A stretch of 64,000 nt of DNA, from NCBI GenBank assembly GCA_963708025.1, contig CAVPSB010000034.1, positions 64,001 to 128,000 on the forward strand, written 5' to 3'. The notes beneath the pieces are model-generated. The model did no database searches. It saw nothing but the letters and a program-made list of their open reading frames with translations, and was not told where the DNA came from. Within the stretch, counting starts at the first letter, position 1. Each line of letters starts with the position of its first letter. Shown piece after piece: positions 31,565 through 44,234 of the stretch. This DNA comes from an uncultured Candidatus Rokubacteria bacterium (lineage in GTDB: Bacteria > Methylomirabilota > Methylomirabilia > Rokubacteriales > DASRDR01). A program made the position numbers and the translations under genes.

Positions 31565-31734
31565 GATCTCGCCTCCTGGCTCGTGGGACTCGGTCGGATG
31601 GTAGGATGGCCGCGACAGCGGACCCATCCTAGGGGGGCGCTCAGGACGTGTCAAGCGGCGGGCCGTCCGCAGCGGGCCGTCCGTGAGGAGGCGCACACGA
31701 GCCAGGCGCAAGGCGGGCAGCGAGGGGAGCGAGG

Positions 31735-32544
31735 TGGTCAGCCGGGCGGAAAGCCGCCGGTCGTCGCGCGCGAGGCGGCGACGGTCGTGCTGGCCCGTGA
31801 CGGCGCGGCCGGCGTCGAGGTGCTGCTGCTCGAGCGGCACCCGGGCAATCGCATGGCGCCGGGCGCCCACGCGTTTCCCGGGGGGCGCGTCGAGGCGAGC
31901 GACGCGCCGCCCGACGCCGACCGGCTCTGCCGGGGGCTGACCACCGCGGCCGCCGCCGCCAGCCTCCGGACCGTGACGCCCCCGGAGCGGGCCATCGGCT
32001 TCTGGATCGCGGCCATCCGGGAAGCGTTCGAGGAAGCGGGACTCCTCCTCGCCTACGACCGGAGCGGCGCCCCGCTTCGCGCCCGAGGCGTGGACGGCCG
32101 AGCGGTTCGTCGAGCACCGCCGGCGTTGCCGGGCCGACAGCCGCGCGTTCCGGGCAATGGTCATCGAGGAGCAGCTCGCGCTGGCCACCGATCGCATGGC
32201 GTACTGGGCCCACTGGATCACGCCGGAGGAGCGGCCGGTGCGCTACGACACCCGCTTCTTCGTCGCCGCCGCCTTTCCGGCATGGAACGCCCGATCCGGA
32301 CGGCATGGAGGTGATCGGGTTCCGGTGGCTCACCACCGGAGACGCCGTCGCCCGCCACCGGGCCGGCGATCTCGTGCTGCCCGCGGTGACCCAGCAGATC
32401 CTGGCGACCGTGGAGCCCTATCCGACGGTAGCGGCGCTGCTCGCGGCGGCGCCGACGCGCGAGATCCGGCCGATCCGCCCCCGCATCGTGCTACGGGACG
32501 GCAAGGAGCGCATCCTGCTGCCCGACGATCCCGACTGGTTCTAG
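31735..32544 (+). CDS. NUDIX hydrolase (frameshifts ~32080 and ~32290; start uncertain)
   Basis: AATVVLAR, FPGGRVE, AIREAFEEAG, HWITPEE..RYDTRFF. Confidence 0.85.
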
Positions 32545-32547
32545 CCC

Positions 32548-33096
32548 TTACAGGAGCGCGTCCGGGTCGGGGTAGGTGAGGGTCAGGCCCTCGACCCGGG
32601 CGAAGGGCGTGAGGGCGTGACCGCGGGTCGTGCCCGGGCTCATGAGGTGCCGTACCTCGACGCCCCGGATCGTCAGCGCGTCGGCGATCAGCGACCGGTG
32701 GCAGCGCCAGGGCTCGGCCTCGGTGCACGCGATCGCCGTCGCCGTGTCGCGAGCCAGCCCGAGCAGCTCCGTCAGGCCCGCCGCGAAGTCGGCCGTCTCC
32801 ATGTAGTCGGCGTAGCCGCGGAAGGAGAGGTTGCGCCAGCCGGTGTTGGACGAGTCGGGCCGCGGCTTCCGGAAGCCACCGAGCGCGGGCAGGTGGCGAT
32901 ACCGGATGCCGTGGGGGCCGAGGGCGCCGGCGGCGTACTCACGGTTCCACTGCGGCGTGTGGCGCGAGCGGGGCACCGTCCGCACGTCCACCAGCAGCTC
33001 CACCCCCGCGGCGCGGAGCAGCTCGACCCCGCGCTCGACGGTCCGCGTCGAGAACCCCAGCGTCCAGACACAGAGCGCGGCGACGCCGTCGCTCAC
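32548..33096 (-). CDS. DUF488-family protein
   Basis: LVDVRTVPRSR, SFRGYADYM, CTEAEPWRCHRSLIAD. Confidence 0.9.
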   Translation of the reverse strand: MSDGVAALCVWTLGFSTRTVERGVELLRAAGVELLVDVRTVPRSRHTPQWNREYAAGALGPHGIRYRHLPALGGFRKPRPDSSNTGWRNLSFRGYADYMETADFAAGLTELLGLARDTATAIACTEAEPWRCHRSLIADALTIRGVEVRHLMSPGTTRGHALTPFARVEGLTLTYPDPDALL

Positions 33097-33120
33097 GGCC
33101 CCTGAACCCCGGTCCGGTGC

Positions 33121-33245
33121 CTGTCGGTTTCTCGCAACGCTCTGATTCTGCCCACGCGGTCGTGGCGTTCCGCTTCGAGCCGCGGCTTGCCGCGGCCTCC
33201 GCGGGGGGGCATCGGGGGGGTCTTCCGAGACCCCCCCGAAGCAAC
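33121..33245 (-). repeat. Dispersed element, copy B (internal deletion)
   Basis: Shares TTCTCGCAAC, TTCCGCTTCGAGCCGCGG and G7-TCTTCCGAGA-C7 with copy A. Confidence 0.8.
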
Positions 33246-34277
33246 TCAGGGGACCGTGATCACGAGCTTGCCGAACTGCTCCCCCTTCTGGAGGAGAGAC
33301 AGGGCGGCCGCCGTCTCGGCGAGCGGGAACGTCCGGTCGACGATCGCCTTGAGGCGTCCGGAAAAGAGTTGCCCCATCACCTCCCGGAACTCCCTCCGGT
33401 TGGCCATGGTGGAGCCGATGATCCGGAGCTGACGCCAGAAGACGATCCGGATATCCGTCTCGACGATGGGGCCGCTCGTGCCGCCGCAGGTCACCAGCCG
33501 GCCACCGCTGGCGAGCGACCGGATCGACCCCGCCCAGGTGGCCGTCCCGACGTCGTCGAGGACGACGTTGACGCCCCGCTTGCCGGTCCAGTCCCGCACG
33601 GCCTTGGTCCAGTCCCCCTGCGTGTAGTTGAACCCCTCGTCGGCGCCGAGGGCCTTGGCCCGGCGGAGCTTCTCGTCCGAGCTGGACGTGACGAAGACCC
33701 GGGCGCCGCAGAGTTTCCCGATCTGGACCGCGGTCGAGGCGACGCCGCCGCCGACCCCGAGGACGAGCAGGTCCTCGGCCGGCCGGAGCGCGGCCTGGGT
33801 GACCAGCATGCGCCAGGCGGTCATGTTGACCAGGACGAACGCCGCCGCCTCCTCGAAGCCGACGTGGGAGGGGAGCGGCAGCAGGTTCGCGGCCGCCGCC
33901 ACCACGTACTCCGCGAGGCCGCCCCGGATGTGCTCACCGAGAATGCCGTATCGCACGCACATCGAGTCCTCGCCGCGGACGCACCATTCGCAGACGCCGC
34001 ACGAGAGGCTCGGGTTCACCGCGACGCGCGTCCCGACCGGGGGACCGCTGACGCCGGCGCCCAGCGCCGCCACCTCGCCGGCGATGTCGCAGCCGGTCCA
34101 GAACGGAAGCGGCGTCTTGAGGGCGGGCAGTCCGCCGAGGACCCAGAGGTCCAGGTGGTTCAGCGCGCACGCGCGGACGCGGATGAGCGCCTCGCCCGCG
34201 CCGGGGGTGGGCGTCGGCACCTCCTCGACATGGACCCGCTCGGGCCCGCCGAACTCCTGGAAGACGGCTGCCTTCAT
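33246..34277 (-). CDS. Zinc-binding MDR alcohol dehydrogenase
   Basis: CGVCEWC...C structural Zn site; GVGGGVAS; GKLVITVP. Confidence 0.93.
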   Translation of the reverse strand: MKAAVFQEFGGPERVHVEEVPTPTPGAGEALIRVRACALNHLDLWVLGGLPALKTPLPFWTGCDIAGEVAALGAGVSGPPVGTRVAVNPSLSCGVCEWCVRGEDSMCVRYGILGEHIRGGLAEYVVAAAANLLPLPSHVGFEEAAAFVLVNMTAWRMLVTQAALRPAEDLLVLGVGGGVASTAVQIGKLCGARVFVTSSSDEKLRRAKALGADEGFNYTQGDWTKAVRDWTGKRGVNVVLDDVGTATWAGSIRSLASGGRLVTCGGTSGPIVETDIRIVFWRQLRIIGSTMANRREFREVMGQLFSGRLKAIVDRTFPLAETAAALSLLQKGEQFGKLVITVP

Positions 34278-34384
34278 CCTTCGCTCCTCCGTGCTGCGAG
34301 ACGCAATCGAACGGTGGGTCGAAACGAACGGGCCTGCCGTGTGCCCACGGCAGGCCCCATTCTAGCGAAGTGGATCGGCTTGGA

Positions 34385-34819
34385 CTAGTAGCGGTAGCCG
34401 GGGACCCAGACCCATCCCCACCCGTTCCACACCCACTGGCCCGGGCGATAGTAAGGACCGGGCGCCCACCCCGCGTGGCCGTGACCCCACCCGGGCCGGC
34501 CGCTCCAGTAGTACCCGCCGCGATGACCCCATCCGTCGTGCCTGCCGCCGTCATGACCCCAGTCCCGGTCCCGGCCGCCACCGCGGCCATGGTCGGGGAC
34601 GCTGCCGTACCACTGCCCCCGGGGACCGCCCTGTCCCTGGGCCGGGACCGGGCTGATCGACCAGACGCCGCTCACCCCGGGCCGGGACGGCTGGATCTGC
34701 AGACTGCCGGCCGCCGCTAACACCGGCCACCCCGTCCCGGCGACCAGGAGCCCGAGGGCCAGCCCCAGGCCCATTGCCGCCTTCACACCGCCCCGCTTGC
34801 CTCGCATCGTCTCCATCAT
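34385..34819 (-). CDS. Secreted Gly/Trp-rich low-complexity protein
   Basis: AAGGAGG SD; signal peptide; [17 protein letters not shown] tail. Confidence 0.7.
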   Translation of the reverse strand: MMETMRGKRGGVKAAMGLGLALGLLVAGTGWPVLAAAGSLQIQPSRPGVSGVWSISPVPAQGQGGPRGQWYGSVPDHGRGGGRDRDWGHDGGRHDGWGHRGGYYWSGRPGWGHGHAGWAPGPYYRPGQWVWNGWGWVWVPGYRY

Positions 34820-34919
34820 GCCCTCCTTCGTCTGGCCGGTTAGACGCCCGGGGTGGCGGCGGGTATTCGGAACCCGTGACCGGGAGTGCCGGCCGTACAA
34901 TGGACACGGGCGGTTCCGT

Positions 34920-37067
<2,148 letters not shown>

Positions 37068-37289
37068 TCGCCTCGGGGGGCCGCCGGGGTTCTTGACAAG
37101 CTTCCGGCCCGTCTGTTTAGATACCGGACAGACTCAGCCCTCGATCTGCAAGTGCGCGAGGCGGATCGCACCCTGTCCACCCTCACCCAACCTCTCCTCG
37201 AAGGGAGAAGGACTGGAGTGGGAGGGCCCCGAGTTTCCGAGCCTGATCTCCGGCCCGCCCCGGGCGGGCTGGACCTCCGGAGGCCAACG

Positions 37290-38480
37290 ATGACACGTCG
37301 AATCGGCATCGCGTCCCTCCTCCTGGTCGTCGTGGCGGCGGGCATCGTGCTCCTCGCCGGACCCGGGCTGGCCCAGGGCCCCGTCAAGATCGGCGCCTCC
37401 TTGTCCCTGACCGGGACCTATGCGGCGCCCGGCCAGAACCACCAGCGGGGCTACCAGCTCTGCGCCAAGCACGTGAACGAGAAGGGCGGCGTGCTGGGGC
37501 GGAAGCTCGAGTTCGTGCTCTACGACGACCAGTCCATGCCGGCCACCGCGGTGCGGCTGTACGAGCGGCTGGTCTCCCAGGACCGGGTCGACCTCCTGAT
37601 GGGGCCGTACTCGTCGCCCGTCAGCGAGGCGGTCGCCAGCGTCAACGAGAAGTACAAGATGCCCATGGTGGCGCCGATGGCGTCCACCACCTCGATCTTC
37701 AAGAAGGGACGCAAGTTCATCTTCATGGTCCAGTCGCCCGCCGAGGTGTACCTCGAGGGCGTCATCGAGCTGGCCGCCAAGAAGGGCTTGAAGACGGTGG
37801 CCCTGATCAACGAGGACACGCTCTTCCCCAAGGCCACGGTGCAGGGGACCATCGAGCTGGCCAAGAAGAAGGGACTCCAGGTCGTCTTCGTGGAGGCCTA
37901 CCCGAAGGGCCACACCGATTTCTCGGGGATCCTGACCAAGGTGAAGGCGACCAACCCCGACGTCCTGGGGGCCTCCACCTACTTCGACGACGCGGTGGCC
38001 ATCACCCGGCAGATGAAGGAGCTGAACGTCAACCCGAAGATGTACGCGGTGACGGTCGGCGGGGACCTGCCCAAGTTCTACGAGCTGCTCGGGAAGAACG
38101 CCGAGTTCGTGTATGGCGCGAGCCAGTGGGAGCCGGAGCTGCCCTACCCGGGCGCCGCCGAGTTCACCGAGGCGTACAAGAAGGAGTTCCCGGGAGCCGA
38201 TCTCTCCTACCACTCGGCCGGCGGGTACGGCGGCTGTCAGATCCTGGTCGAGGCCGTCAAGCGGGCCGGCTCGCTGGACGCGGAGAAGATCCGCGCCGAG
38301 ATCCTGAAGCTCGACACCAACACGGTCTACGGCGCGTTCAAGGTTGACGCCGACGGCTTCCAGCTCACGCACAAGATGGTCATGTTCCAGTGGCAGGACG
38401 GCAAGAAGGCCATCGTGTGGCCGGACGAGCTGGCGACCGGCCAGCTCCGGTACCCGACACCGCCCTGGAACGCGCGCTAG
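37290..38480 (+). CDS. Branched-chain amino acid-type ABC substrate-binding protein
   Basis: Signal peptide; KIGASLSLTG...VNEKGGVLGRKLE. Confidence 0.93.
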   Translation: MTRRIGIASLLLVVVAAGIVLLAGPGLAQGPVKIGASLSLTGTYAAPGQNHQRGYQLCAKHVNEKGGVLGRKLEFVLYDDQSMPATAVRLYERLVSQDRVDLLMGPYSSPVSEAVASVNEKYKMPMVAPMASTTSIFKKGRKFIFMVQSPAEVYLEGVIELAAKKGLKTVALINEDTLFPKATVQGTIELAKKKGLQVVFVEAYPKGHTDFSGILTKVKATNPDVLGASTYFDDAVAITRQMKELNVNPKMYAVTVGGDLPKFYELLGKNAEFVYGASQWEPELPYPGAAEFTEAYKKEFPGADLSYHSAGGYGGCQILVEAVKRAGSLDAEKIRAEILKLDTNTVYGAFKVDADGFQLTHKMVMFQWQDGKKAIVWPDELATGQLRYPTPPWNAR

Positions 38481-38558
38481 GGCGAGGGAGCCGCTGACCT
38501 CCGACGGCCGCGACGCCCGCCGGAAGACCGGCGGGCGTCCGTGCGTCAGGATCTCGCG

Positions 38559-39437
38559 ATGAACGTCCCGATCACCCCGGAGATGGTGGCCCAGGTGGTC
38601 GTCTCCGGTCTCCTGTCCGGCTCGCTGTACGCGATGGTCGCGCTCGGCCTGGCGCTCATCTACGGCGTGATGCGCGTCATCAACATCGCCCACGGGACCC
38701 TCCTCACGGTCGGCGCCTACACGACCTTCTGGTGGTTCAACCTGCTCGGGCTCAACCCGTACCTCTCGCTGGTGCTCTCGATGCCGCTCACCTTCGTGCT
38801 CGGGATGGGGCTCCAGCGCGTCATGGTGCGCCGGGTGGTCCGGGCCCCCGAGCTGTCCTCGCTCCTCCTGACCTTCGGCATCTCCATCGCGCTGGTGAAT
38901 GTCCTCCAGCTCTTCTTCAAATCGGACCTCCGCTCGGTCGAGTTCCTGACCGGCGCCTTCGTCGTCGGCCAGGTGGCCTTCTCGAAGTCCCGGGTGGTGG
39001 CCTTCGCCTTCGCGGTGGTGATCACGGCCCTGGCCTACTGGTTCCTCCAGCGGACGCGCTTCGGCAAGGCCATCCGCGCCACCTCCCAGAATCAGGAGGT
39101 GGCGATGGTCTGCGGCGTGAACGTGGAGCGCGTCCACATGTACACCTTCGGCATCGCCTCCGCGCTGGCGGCGGCCGGCGGCAGCCTGGTCGCGGTGATG
39201 ATCGCCATCCAGCCCGAGATGGGGCAGGTCTACACCTTCAAGTCCTTCCTGGTGATCGTGCTGGGCGGGGCCGGCAACTATCCGGGGGCCCTGCTGGGCG
39301 GGATGCTCCTGGGTCTCGTCGAGCAGCTCTCCTCGCTGTTCCTGACCACGCAGCTCAACGAGGCCGTCGCCTACACCCTGCTCGTGCTCGTCCTGCTGCT
39401 GCGCCCCACCGGGCTCCTGGGGGGCCGGGCGACGTGA
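38559..39437 (+). CDS. livH: Liv-type ABC permease
   Basis: ALGLALIYGVMRVINIAHG, FGKAIRATSQN. Confidence 0.9.
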   Translation: MNVPITPEMVAQVVVSGLLSGSLYAMVALGLALIYGVMRVINIAHGTLLTVGAYTTFWWFNLLGLNPYLSLVLSMPLTFVLGMGLQRVMVRRVVRAPELSSLLLTFGISIALVNVLQLFFKSDLRSVEFLTGAFVVGQVAFSKSRVVAFAFAVVITALAYWFLQRTRFGKAIRATSQNQEVAMVCGVNVERVHMYTFGIASALAAAGGSLVAVMIAIQPEMGQVYTFKSFLVIVLGGAGNYPGALLGGMLLGLVEQLSSLFLTTQLNEAVAYTLLVLVLLLRPTGLLGGRAT

Positions 39438-40354
39438 GGCGGGGCCTGCTGCTCGCCGGCGCCGCCGGTCTGGTCGCGCTCGGGCTCTACCCGCTGATCG
39501 GCAGCGGGTACGGCGTCCGCTTCATGCTCCAGCTCTTCATGTGGATCGCGCTCGCCCAGAGCTGGAACCTGATCTCCGGCCTGACCGGCTACGTCTCGTT
39601 CGGCCACGTCGCCTTCTTCGGCACCGGGGCCTACGCCACCGCGATCCTGGCCACCACCCACGGCTGGCACTGGGCGCCGGCGGCCCTGGGCGGCGGGGTG
39701 GCGGCGGTGGTGCTGGCGCTGGTCATCGGCTACCCGTGCCTGCGCCTGAAGGGCCCCTACTTCGCGATCTCGATGCTGGGGCTCAACGAGGTCATGCGGG
39801 TGCTCGTCTCGTACTTCGAGGGCCTGACCGGCGGCGGGCTGGGGCTGTCGCTCCCGGCCCTCTACGCCAGTGTCCCGATCTACTACGCCATGGGCCTGTC
39901 GGCGCTGGTGGTGACGGCGGCCGCCCACCTCATCATCACCTCGCGCTTCGGCCTCCGGCTCATGACCGTGCGCGAAGACGAGATCGCGGCGGAGGCGATG
40001 GGGATCGACACCGCCCGCCACAAGCTGTACGCGTTCCTGCTCTCGGCGTTCGTCCCCGGCGTCGTGGGCGGCCTCTTCGCCCGGGACCAGGGGTACATCG
40101 AGCCGGTCTCGGTGTTCCCGCTCGCCTTCACGATCACGATGGTGGTGATGGCGCTGTTCGGAGGGAAGGGGACGGTGTGGGGGCCGGTCCTGGGCGCGGT
40201 GTGCCTCTTCGTCTTCCAGGAGCTGGTGTGGGCGAACTTCATGTACCTGCACCAGCTCTTCTTCGGCGCGATCATCATCGTGGTGGTGCTGTTCCTGCCG
40301 CGCGGCATTCTCGGCGTGCTGCAGCAGCGCTATCGCCTCCCGCGGTATGTCTGA
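39434..40354 (+). CDS. livM: Liv-type ABC permease
   Basis: SWNLISGLTGYVSFGH, LRLKGPYFAI, REDEIAAE. Confidence 0.9.
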   Translation: MRRGLLLAGAAGLVALGLYPLIGSGYGVRFMLQLFMWIALAQSWNLISGLTGYVSFGHVAFFGTGAYATAILATTHGWHWAPAALGGGVAAVVLALVIGYPCLRLKGPYFAISMLGLNEVMRVLVSYFEGLTGGGLGLSLPALYASVPIYYAMGLSALVVTAAAHLIITSRFGLRLMTVREDEIAAEAMGIDTARHKLYAFLLSAFVPGVVGGLFARDQGYIEPVSVFPLAFTITMVVMALFGGKGTVWGPVLGAVCLFVFQELVWANFMYLHQLFFGAIIIVVVLFLPRGILGVLQQRYRLPRYV

Positions 40355-41114
40355 TCCGCCCGGGATCCGCGAGGCGAGACCGCCGGGGCCGCCGGGCGGG
40401 AACGGGGGGGCCGGCCCGATCCTCGAGGTGTCGGAGCTGACCAAGCGCTTCGGGGGCGTCACCGCCGTCAACCGCTGCTCTCTCACGCTGCCGCCCGGCC
40501 GCATCTACGGGCTCATCGGCCCGAACGGCTCGGGCAAGACCACGCTCTTCAACTGCATCACCGGCCTGGCCCTGCGGGACGCCGGGGCCATCCACTTCCG
40601 GGGTCGGCGGATCGACGGGCTCCCCGCCCACCGGATCGCCCGGCTCGGCATCGGGCGGACGTTCCAGGTCATCCGCGTCTTCCCCGAGCTCACGGCGCTG
40701 GAGAACCTCCTGGTCGTCTCCAGGGGCGACCGCGACGTGGCCATCGGGCGGGCCCGGAGCCTCCTGGTCTTCGTCCGGCTCGACCGGCTGGAGTCCGAGT
40801 TCGCCGGGAACCTCTCCTACGGCCAGCAGAAGCTTTTGGAGCTGATGCGGGTCCTGATGCTCGACCCGACGCTGATCCTGCTCGACGAGCCGGCGGCTGG
40901 CGTGAACCGGACGCTGCTCAACGAGCTGATCGAGGCGATCCGGCGGCTGCGGGACGAGGGGCGGACGATCCTGATCGTCGAGCACGACATGAAGGTCGTG
41001 ATGGGGCTCTGCGAGCGCGTCTTCGTCCTGGACTACGGGGAGAAGATCGCCGAGGGTCCGCCGGAGGCGATCCAGGCCGACGAGCGGGTCATCGAGGCGT
41101 ACTTTGGACGCTAA
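40347..41114 (+). CDS. livG: Liv-type ABC ATPase
   Basis: GPNGSGKTT, LSYGQQK, LLDEPAAG. Confidence 0.92.
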   Translation: MSDPPGIREARPPGPPGGNGGAGPILEVSELTKRFGGVTAVNRCSLTLPPGRIYGLIGPNGSGKTTLFNCITGLALRDAGAIHFRGRRIDGLPAHRIARLGIGRTFQVIRVFPELTALENLLVVSRGDRDVAIGRARSLLVFVRLDRLESEFAGNLSYGQQKLLELMRVLMLDPTLILLDEPAAGVNRTLLNELIEAIRRLRDEGRTILIVEHDMKVVMGLCERVFVLDYGEKIAEGPPEAIQADERVIEAYFGR

Positions 41115-41260
41115 GTCATTCGGGGGGGTCTCGGAAGACCCCCCCGATGCCCCCCTCGGAGGCCGCGACTGTGGGACGGCCTTCGGCCTTTGGCCGCGGC
41201 TCGAAGTGGAACGTCATGGCCGCGAGGCCTGAAGCGGGAGGGTGGCGAGAAGCCAGCGGG
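41115..41260 (+). repeat. Dispersed element, copy C
   Basis: Reverse complement of copy A over ~145 nt; starts right after the livG stop. Confidence 0.8.
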
Positions 41261-41324
41261 CGGCGGGAATGGGAGCCGCTGGGGCTCTTTCACGGATGCT
41301 CGCGCGGCGGCACTGGCCCCTCCG

Positions 41325-42821
41325 GTGGGGACCCACCGCGAGGCGCGGCTGGGCATTGCGACGCTGGCCGGAGTGGCGATCGGCGCCACCGGACTCCTCG
41401 CCGGGTACCTCACGATCAGGTCGCTGGGCTGGCCGCTCGTCCACGACGCGCCGCTGATGCACTACATCGCGGCGCGGCTGCTGGAGGGCGCGGTCCCCTA
41501 CCGGGACCTCTTCGACATGAACTTCCCCGGCGTCTACCTCGTGCACGCGCTGGGCCTCGCCCTCTTCGGACGGGGTGATCTCGCCTTCCGGGCCCTCGAC
41601 CTCCTCGTGCTGGCGGGAACGGTCGTGGGACTCGGCGTCGGGCTGGCGGGATTCGGGCGCCGGGCGGTGCTCGCCGCAGGCGTGCTCTTCTGGCTGTATC
41701 ACCTCGCCGGGGGCGCCTGGCGGGCCGGGCAGCGGGACTTCATCCTGTGCCTGCCCCTCGCCTGGTTCGCGGCCGCCGCCCTGGCCGACGTCGAGCGGCC
41801 GCGCCAGCGCACCCTCGGGCTGGCCGGGGTCGCGCTCGGTGCCGCTCTCTGGATGAAGCCGCACGCGATCTTCTTCCTCCCGCTGCTCGGCTGGCTCGCC
41901 GGGCGGCGGCCTCCCGGCGCTCGGGCTCGCGCCCTGGCGCAGGCCGCGCTGGGCGTGGCCCTGCCGGCGATCCCGGTGCTGGTCTGGCTGGCGGGGGCCG
42001 GGGCGCTGTCCGCGTTCGCCGACATCGTGGTTGGCTACCTCGTGCCGCTCTACAGCCGTCTCGGGCGCGAGTCGCTCGTCGCCGCCGTTCGGGGCCACGA
42101 TCTCGGCCCCCTGGTCCTCACCGGGCTCGGGCTGTGGGCGCTGGCGGGATGGCTGGCGCTCGGCGGCGCCCGGGTGCGCGACGGGCGGGCCGTGGTGCTG
42201 GCGGCCGGCGTTGCCTACGGCGTGCTCCACTTCGCGGTGCAGGGCAAGGGGTGGGAGTACCAGCTCTATCCGCTGGCCCTCTTCCTGGTGGCCTGCGGGG
42301 CGGCCGGCTTTGCCGTCGCGCTCGAGCGCGGTCGCCCCGCGCTGGCGGGGCTGCTGGTCGCCGGTCTGGTCGTCTCGGCCGGGGCCCTCGGCGTGAAGGG
42401 AGCCCGCAACCTGGATCCGGCCTGGATCGCCGCGAAGCGGGCTCGGGTGGCGGCGGTGACGGCCGCGCTGGCGCCGCTGGTCCCGGCCGGGGCCACCGTC
42501 CAGGTCCTCGACACGACGGACGGCGGCGTCCACGCGCTCTATCTCCTGCGGCTTCGCCAGCCCACCCGCTTCCTCTACGACTTCCACTTCTACCACGACG
42601 TCGAGCATCCGTTCGTCCGACGCCTCCGGGCCGAGCTGCTGGCGGGGCTGCGCGCGCGGCCGCCGGCGGCCGTGGTGCTCTTCGAGCGCGGCTGGCCCGG
42701 CGGCGACTACGGGCGACTCCGGCAATTCCCGGAGCTGGCCACGTGGCTCGAGGCCGGCTACCGGGTCGCGAGGGACGGCGACGGGTTCCGGGTCTATGCG
42801 GCGCGAGGGGCCGGGAGCTGA
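41325..42821 (+). CDS. Polytopic membrane protein, GT-C/ArnT-like glycosyltransferase (start uncertain)
   Basis: HDAPLMHY...PYRDLFDMNFPG loop after the first TM helix; many TM helices; WMKP. Confidence 0.7.
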   Translation: MGTHREARLGIATLAGVAIGATGLLAGYLTIRSLGWPLVHDAPLMHYIAARLLEGAVPYRDLFDMNFPGVYLVHALGLALFGRGDLAFRALDLLVLAGTVVGLGVGLAGFGRRAVLAAGVLFWLYHLAGGAWRAGQRDFILCLPLAWFAAAALADVERPRQRTLGLAGVALGAALWMKPHAIFFLPLLGWLAGRRPPGARARALAQAALGVALPAIPVLVWLAGAGALSAFADIVVGYLVPLYSRLGRESLVAAVRGHDLGPLVLTGLGLWALAGWLALGGARVRDGRAVVLAAGVAYGVLHFAVQGKGWEYQLYPLALFLVACGAAGFAVALERGRPALAGLLVAGLVVSAGALGVKGARNLDPAWIAAKRARVAAVTAALAPLVPAGATVQVLDTTDGGVHALYLLRLRQPTRFLYDFHFYHDVEHPFVRRLRAELLAGLRARPPAAVVLFERGWPGGDYGRLRQFPELATWLEAGYRVARDGDGFRVYAARGAGS

Positions 42822-43476
42822 ATGCGACGCGAGGCGATCGCGCGCGTGGTCGCGGCCTACGACGACCCGATCATCCGGGCCTACTCGTGGGGACGGTTCC
42901 TGATCCTGCGCCAGCGCTTCCTCGACGAGATCGGCCAGTACCTGCCGGACGAGGGGACGGTGCTCGACATCGGCTGCGGCTTCGGCCTCTTCTCGCTCTA
43001 CTACGCGCAGCTCCTCCCGCGGCGCTTCCTTCCAGGGGGTCAACCTGAACGCCCGCCGGATCGCCCTGGCCACCGCGGCCGCACGGCGACTCGGGCTCGC
43101 CAACGTCGCCTACGCGGTGGATGACGCCCGCGGCTACCGGGTGGCGGGGACGCTGGCGGCCGCCTACATGCTCGACATCGTCCACCACGTCCCGCCGGAG
43201 ACGGTCGGGCCGCTGCTCTCGGAGCTGCACAAGGCGATCCGGCCGGGCGGGCGGCTCATCGTCAAGGACGTGGATACCCGGCCCACCTACAAGCGCTGGT
43301 TCACCCACGCGCTCGACCTCCTGATGAGCCCCCGGGGCGTCATCCACTACTGGCCGGCCGCCGAGCTGCAGCTCCTCCTCGAGCGCATCGGCTTCCGCGT
43401 GTACCGTCACCTCATGGTCAACGTCCTGCCGTACCCGCACGTGCTCTTCGTCTGCCACCGGGACCGAGATGGCTGA
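42822..43476 (+). CDS. Class I SAM methyltransferase (frameshift ~43030)
   Basis: VLDIGCGFG...DIVHHV...IRPGGRLIVKD. Confidence 0.85.
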
Positions 43477-44188
43477 CGCGCCCCTGCTGGTCGTCGAGGA
43501 CGTCCACGCCGGCTACGGCCGGATCCCCGTCCTCCACGGGGTCACGCTCCGGGTGGGCGCCCGCGAGGTCGTCTCCATCATCGGCCCCAACGGCGCGGGG
43601 AAGTCAACGACCTTCAAGGTGATGGTCGGCCTCCTGACCCCCCGGCAGGGGCGCGTGCGCTTCGACGGCGAAGACGTCACCGGGCGCCGCCCCGACGAGG
43701 TGCTGCGCCGCGGGCTGGCCTACGTGCCGCAGGGCCGGCTCGTCTTTCCCCAGATGACCGTGCTGGAGAACCTGGAGATGGGGGCGTACATCGAGCGCGA
43801 CCGCCGCCGGTCGGCCGACGCCCTCGCCCGCGTCTACCAGCTCTTCCCGGTGCTGCAGGAGCGGTCCCGGCAGGCGGCGGGGACGCTCTCCGGGGGCGAG
43901 CAGCAGATGCTGGCCATCGGTCGGGCTCTCATGACCCAGCCACGGCTCCTCCTGCTCGACGAGCCATCGCTCGGCCTCTCCCCCAAGTTTCTCGCGATCA
44001 TCTTCGAGAAGATCGCCGAGCTGAAGGCGGCCGGGATGACGATGATGATCGTCGAGCAGAACGCGGTCAAGGCGCTGGCGGTGGCGGACCGCGCGTACGT
44101 CCTGGAGCTGGGCCGGAACCGGTTCGAAGGTCCTGGCCCCGCGCTCCTGGCCGATCCCGACGTCAAGCGCCTCTACCTCGGCGGGTAG
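43469..44188 (+). CDS. livF: Liv-type ABC ATPase
   Basis: GPNGAGKST, LSGGEQQM, DEPSLGLSP, VEQNA. Confidence 0.93.
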   Translation: MADAPLLVVEDVHAGYGRIPVLHGVTLRVGAREVVSIIGPNGAGKSTTFKVMVGLLTPRQGRVRFDGEDVTGRRPDEVLRRGLAYVPQGRLVFPQMTVLENLEMGAYIERDRRRSADALARVYQLFPVLQERSRQAAGTLSGGEQQMLAIGRALMTQPRLLLLDEPSLGLSPKFLAIIFEKIAELKAAGMTMMIVEQNAVKALAVADRAYVLELGRNRFEGPGPALLADPDVKRLYLGG

Positions 44189-44234
44189 TGCGACCGTTCT
44201 CGGCCCGGTCGCCGACCCATGAGATGATTGCCCC

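Noticed and set aside
37093-37125. TTGACA promoter before the liv operon
   Set aside because: No well-spaced TANNNT -10 box; not supportable
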